64,000 nucleotides of DNA from Nemertoderma westbladi. Lineage: Eukaryota > Animalia > Xenacoelomorpha. Where the stretch lies: assembly GCA_032718475.1 (NCBI GenBank), contig JAUCBJ010007517.1, forward strand, positions 8,679 through 72,678, in the 5' to 3' direction. This document shows positions 60,098-64,000 of the stretch, one piece after another; the stretch's first letter is position 1, and each line of letters opens with the position of its first letter. The notes beneath the pieces were generated by a model. The model saw only the letters and a list, made by a program, of their open reading frames with translations. It was not told where the DNA came from and did no database searches. Both the position numbers and the translations under genes were made by a program.

Positions 60098-61893
60098 TTT
60101 CGTATTTTTGTAATTTTATTTACTGATGGATTTTATATAAAATTCTAGTTCCTAGTGGATTTTATTTAGGATATGCCGCTTAACCACTTCAAATGCATCC
60201 AGGGGCCACATAATAGTTGAGAAAGTTGTGGAATAGAGTGTAGAGGTCTAAGTGTCGTCAATTTATAAAAAAGTCACAACATTATGATTTATGTAAAAAA
60301 TCCCGTGTAGCCAAAAACACACTTAGTCGAAACGCAAATAAATTCCGTCCCGTTTTATAGTAATTTGAATTTCTATGTTCTGTCTGTATAATCGCGATGA
60401 CAATAAAAGTTTGTCGCCCTGAATACATTTGAGTTTCATAGCATTCAGTGTTGTTCATGATATTATCCGAAAACCTTTCCCATAGTTTGTATGATTTATT
60501 GATTATTTCAATTAATAGTACAAACAGAAATGGACAATGTACATATTTATTTGTTACAATGAGAATTTAATTAGTAAGTGAATTTGAGTTCATAATTAGT
60601 TGTATATTTTCTTGGTTTCCTGTATATTTTATTTTTAAACAGATTGGTAACTTAGTTCAATTAATTGTACATAAGGTACATTATTTGTCAATATGAGGTA
60701 TTGGAAACTCTTTATATAAATGACTTCAATATTTTATATTATTTTTAATTAAGAAGTGATCTCGTTTATATTTTTATTAATATCACAAATTCTCCCACGA
60801 ATGCAATTTTTCTTAAATGTTTATTTTATTGAATTAATTTTATATGTATAGAAGAATAATTGAGTTGCCATTAACTCTAATTAAATTTAATTTATTACAC
60901 ATTGTGGAAGCTTTCACACTTCCGGAGTCAGTGAACCTTATCATACAATTTATCGAGCATGTAGGCTGGGTAATCTGCGAGAAAACAATTCCATATTAAT
61001 AAATGATTATCCCCTCTCAGAAATATTCTATGGAATTTACCAAATTTCATCAACTACAGACATTCCAAATTGAACTTGAAGTTGCTCACTTGTTTGCTGA
61101 ACCGTTTGATAAGGCTCACACACTCGGTGGCTCGCCCCGGATTGTAATTTGAATGGGAAGTTTCTTACTTAACACGTATTTTTACTCAGTCTTTGTAATA
61201 TGGAAAATTATTTGGTAAGCTGTTATAAAATTATACATTCCAATTCCTGTGCGATTTCAAATGTGATAAGTATAAGTGCAACAATATATGCAAATCGTAT
61301 ATTAAAATATAAAACAGATGGTAACCGATGGTACAACCGACATTTACCGAGTATTATAATAAATTTTCTTCAACACATTTTATTATTTCCCTAATTGCGT
61401 TATTGGGTTATATTATTTTTATCTAAATGGATATATTGGATACCCTACTCGCAGTGGATAAACAAATGGATAAACCTCTTGAGAAACAACAAATAGATAT
61501 AAACCTGGAGCAACAATTGAATAATGAATTGGTGTTATTTGTAAAAGAATTCTTTGATATCGTAGAATCGATACTGGTAAGTCTAATTTATCCCGAATTG
61601 GAATTCATTATTCTACATTACTCCACCCACATGCCCCACAGAAATAATGTTATATTGTGTTATTCGAAAGAAGAAGCAGGGAGATCCTTCCTGCTTCATA
61701 CGTACACACCCTACGAGTTTGGCTAGCTGTATTTTCGAGATGTTTGTTCTCACATTGGTTAGAACGGTTCTAGGGGTTTTAATAACCTCGAATGATAAGT
61801 TTATTTTACCGAATATAACTTATCCTTTTTTTATTGAGGGATTAATTCCAAACACCTGCGTACTTTTTAACCGAGTAAAGTATAAATTTCTGA

Positions 61894-62457
61894 TGGGGGG
61901 GCACTGGACTCAATAATAAAAATGCATCCCCCTCCAGGGGAAATTCGACGCAAATAACAACTGATTACTCTCAAAAATAAAACTGTAACTTGTGGGGCGA
62001 GCCACGAAGTGAGCGAAGCCTTAGCATATGGTGTGCCATTGGCGAGTTGTCTGTCGTCGTAAATTTTTGATCGCTAATAACTCGGTTATTCCTTGATGAA
62101 ATTAAACGAAACTTGGTATGTATGTAGTCCGTCAAAAGTTTAGAAAGAATCTGAAGTTTCGTCAAAAACGAACGAACGCAACGAGGCACAAGAGGAGGAC
62201 GAGTATTGTGTTGAAGACTTCTGACTAACGGCAGACAACTCGTTAATGGTACCCATATGCTAAAGGCTTTGCTCACTTCGTGCTGCGCGAAGACCCCATG
62301 AACGTGTTCTATTGTGTTTAGTTTATTGTTTTGGTTAAAATAACGTGCCACTGTATCCTGCTCCTTTTCCTAAATTGAAAATTTAACATTGAGGCGGGAT
62401 ATTAACTCACCAAGATGGGATTTGCGTCCAGTCCCCCCCCCCCCCCCCCCCCCCCTC
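61894..62457. mobile_element. MITE with G/C-run TIRs; carries the empty A2 target site
   Basis: GGGGGGCACTGGACTCAA / TTGCGTCCAGTCCCCCC; homologous to 24507-24661 plus 56973-57040. Confidence 0.75.
61990..62299 (+). mobile_element. Short Helentron/HINE-like repeat with long imperfect inverted ends, nested in the MITE
   Basis: Absent at the paralogous site 24601-24620; flanked by AAC; CACGAAGTGAGC...TTAGCATATGG pairs with CCATATGCTAA...GCTCACTTCGTG. Confidence 0.7.
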
Positions 62458-63343
62458 CTGTCTGTCTCACTATAATTAGTGAATGCATAAGTATGAAATA
62501 CAACTGGTGTAAGAGATAGGAGCCTCCATGTTGCCACCGATGTTTCGTATTTCACGTGTAACAACACATTTCTTACGCGGCGTTGTATTAATTATTATAT
62601 CGCAGACACCCTCATTGGACTCAGCTGTTAACAATAAAGGTAGGAGGAACCTAGACGCCATCACCAATAAATGGGACATGCTCAACGGGTGGTCCCCTGA
62701 CCTTTGTTTGTTATCAACCTTATTCAGCTCCAGCTATTGGATAGCTCTACTCCATCTACCCAACATTATAGAAGCGAATAAATGGTTAAATATCGCAACC
62801 ACGCAAGGTATTACGGTAATTAGCAATATTCGTTTAATAGTGAAATATTGGAATCAATAAAGTTTGAGATGTGTTTACTACATCTATCTGATGTAAATGT
62901 GTTGTCTCGTCTATTTAATTAAAAGTTAACATTTCTGTCATTTTATATTTTTCCAACTTTCTAAATTTTCTTACTTTCTTTTCAGTGCACTCGTTTCTGT
63001 GTTGCTGCAACTCCTTCTATAGAGTGTCTACCAAAGATACCCCAGAGACATCGGACAGACTGCAAGGAATCCTGGATTGGCTAGACTCCGTAAATAACTT
63101 CGGTTGGTTCCATTTATACCAACCTTTATTCAGTTCTACTATTAATTGTTGTTACATTTTCAGCCTGTTTAAACCATCGCCCACACGCTCGCTACATAGC
63201 TAATGTACCGGTATGTACAGTATATTGATGAAACTTCTCCAAACAGCGTACAGACCTTAAACAAGTCCTTTGTCCTAAGTGCCTTAAATGTAAATTTGGC
63301 CCATCGGAAGAATACCAGACTTTCTGCTGTTATATTTCACTTT

Positions 63344-63584
63344 GCAGTTACCCCCATTTGAAGAATACCAGGTTTTCACCAAAAACACAGGTTACAGAAG
63401 GGCTGAATCTAACCAAAACAATAAACGAATTAGTATATCTACAGGTTATAAGACAGAAATAAGCGCTACAAAACACTTATATAATACAGATACATTAAAA
63501 AAAATACAAAATCGTCATATATAAAATTTCAATAAAAGTCGACCGAAAAGTGAAACCCTGGTATTCTTCACATGGGCGAACTGC
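63344..63584. mobile_element. Small MITE with ~35-bp imperfect TIRs
   Basis: GCAGTT...TGAAGAATACCAGG.TTTCAC / GTGAAA.CCTGGTATTCTTCA...AACTGC. Confidence 0.65.
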
Positions 63585-64000
63585 GTTGCGTAGCGTAGGC
63601 AGAAAAGTATGTACAAAATGGGTGTAACGGTGTAACTGAATACGATACCTTGTGTGACTTTTTACAAAGGGTGAGAATTATTTTTACGGCGGGTGGGAAA
63701 ACCAGTTGTAGCGTCCATAGGACCCAGCATGTGAGTTAGGCCCGTTACCGGTACAGGCCAACCACCAATTACTTTCATTTTACTGTCTGTCTGTACACAG
63801 TACCGTTGTAACAGTACATTAGGCCTACCTCACATGGTGTAGCTGATTGTATCCCTCAGTAACCGAAGCAGTATGTTTATGAAATACGGTACGGGTATAA
63901 CTTTTCGCCGTATCTGTATCCATATGCATTCGCCGTATCCGTATGCACATAGGCCTACGCGTATGTCTGTATGTGCGTATGTAATGGATTCCTATGGAGA

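Overview
Eukaryotic, AT-rich, transposon-dense DNA, most likely from a bilaterian invertebrate. It is dominated by three BEL/Pao (Belpaoviridae) LTR-retrotransposon families. Family A has two minus-strand copies: A1 at <1-13106 and A2 at 24662-56972 (TSD TAACG). A2's 5' leader has been hit by a 2-kb DNA transposon, a non-autonomous Gag-protease element B (38982-47178, TSD GGAAA) and an internally deleted element C (47705-55099, TSD TGCAG). The rest holds a CR1/L2-type LINE fragment, a CRE-clade RT fragment, hAT, foldback and Helentron-like MITEs, a Penelope-type hammerhead ribozyme and a probable SHOC1/ZIP2-like host ORF (57890-60097). Three observations stand out. (1) None of the three families has a tRNA-type primer-binding site; the sequence just inside each 5' LTR is instead complementary to a site in its own LTR, suggesting Tf1-like self-priming. 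(2) The family C LTR carries six covarying RNA hairpins with a UUCG loop and a kink-turn. (3) Family A carries two non-env accessory ORFs with C-x2-C-x13/16-C-x2-H motifs; one is >=521 aa and absent from the ORF track. All calls are by eye and no database searches were run.
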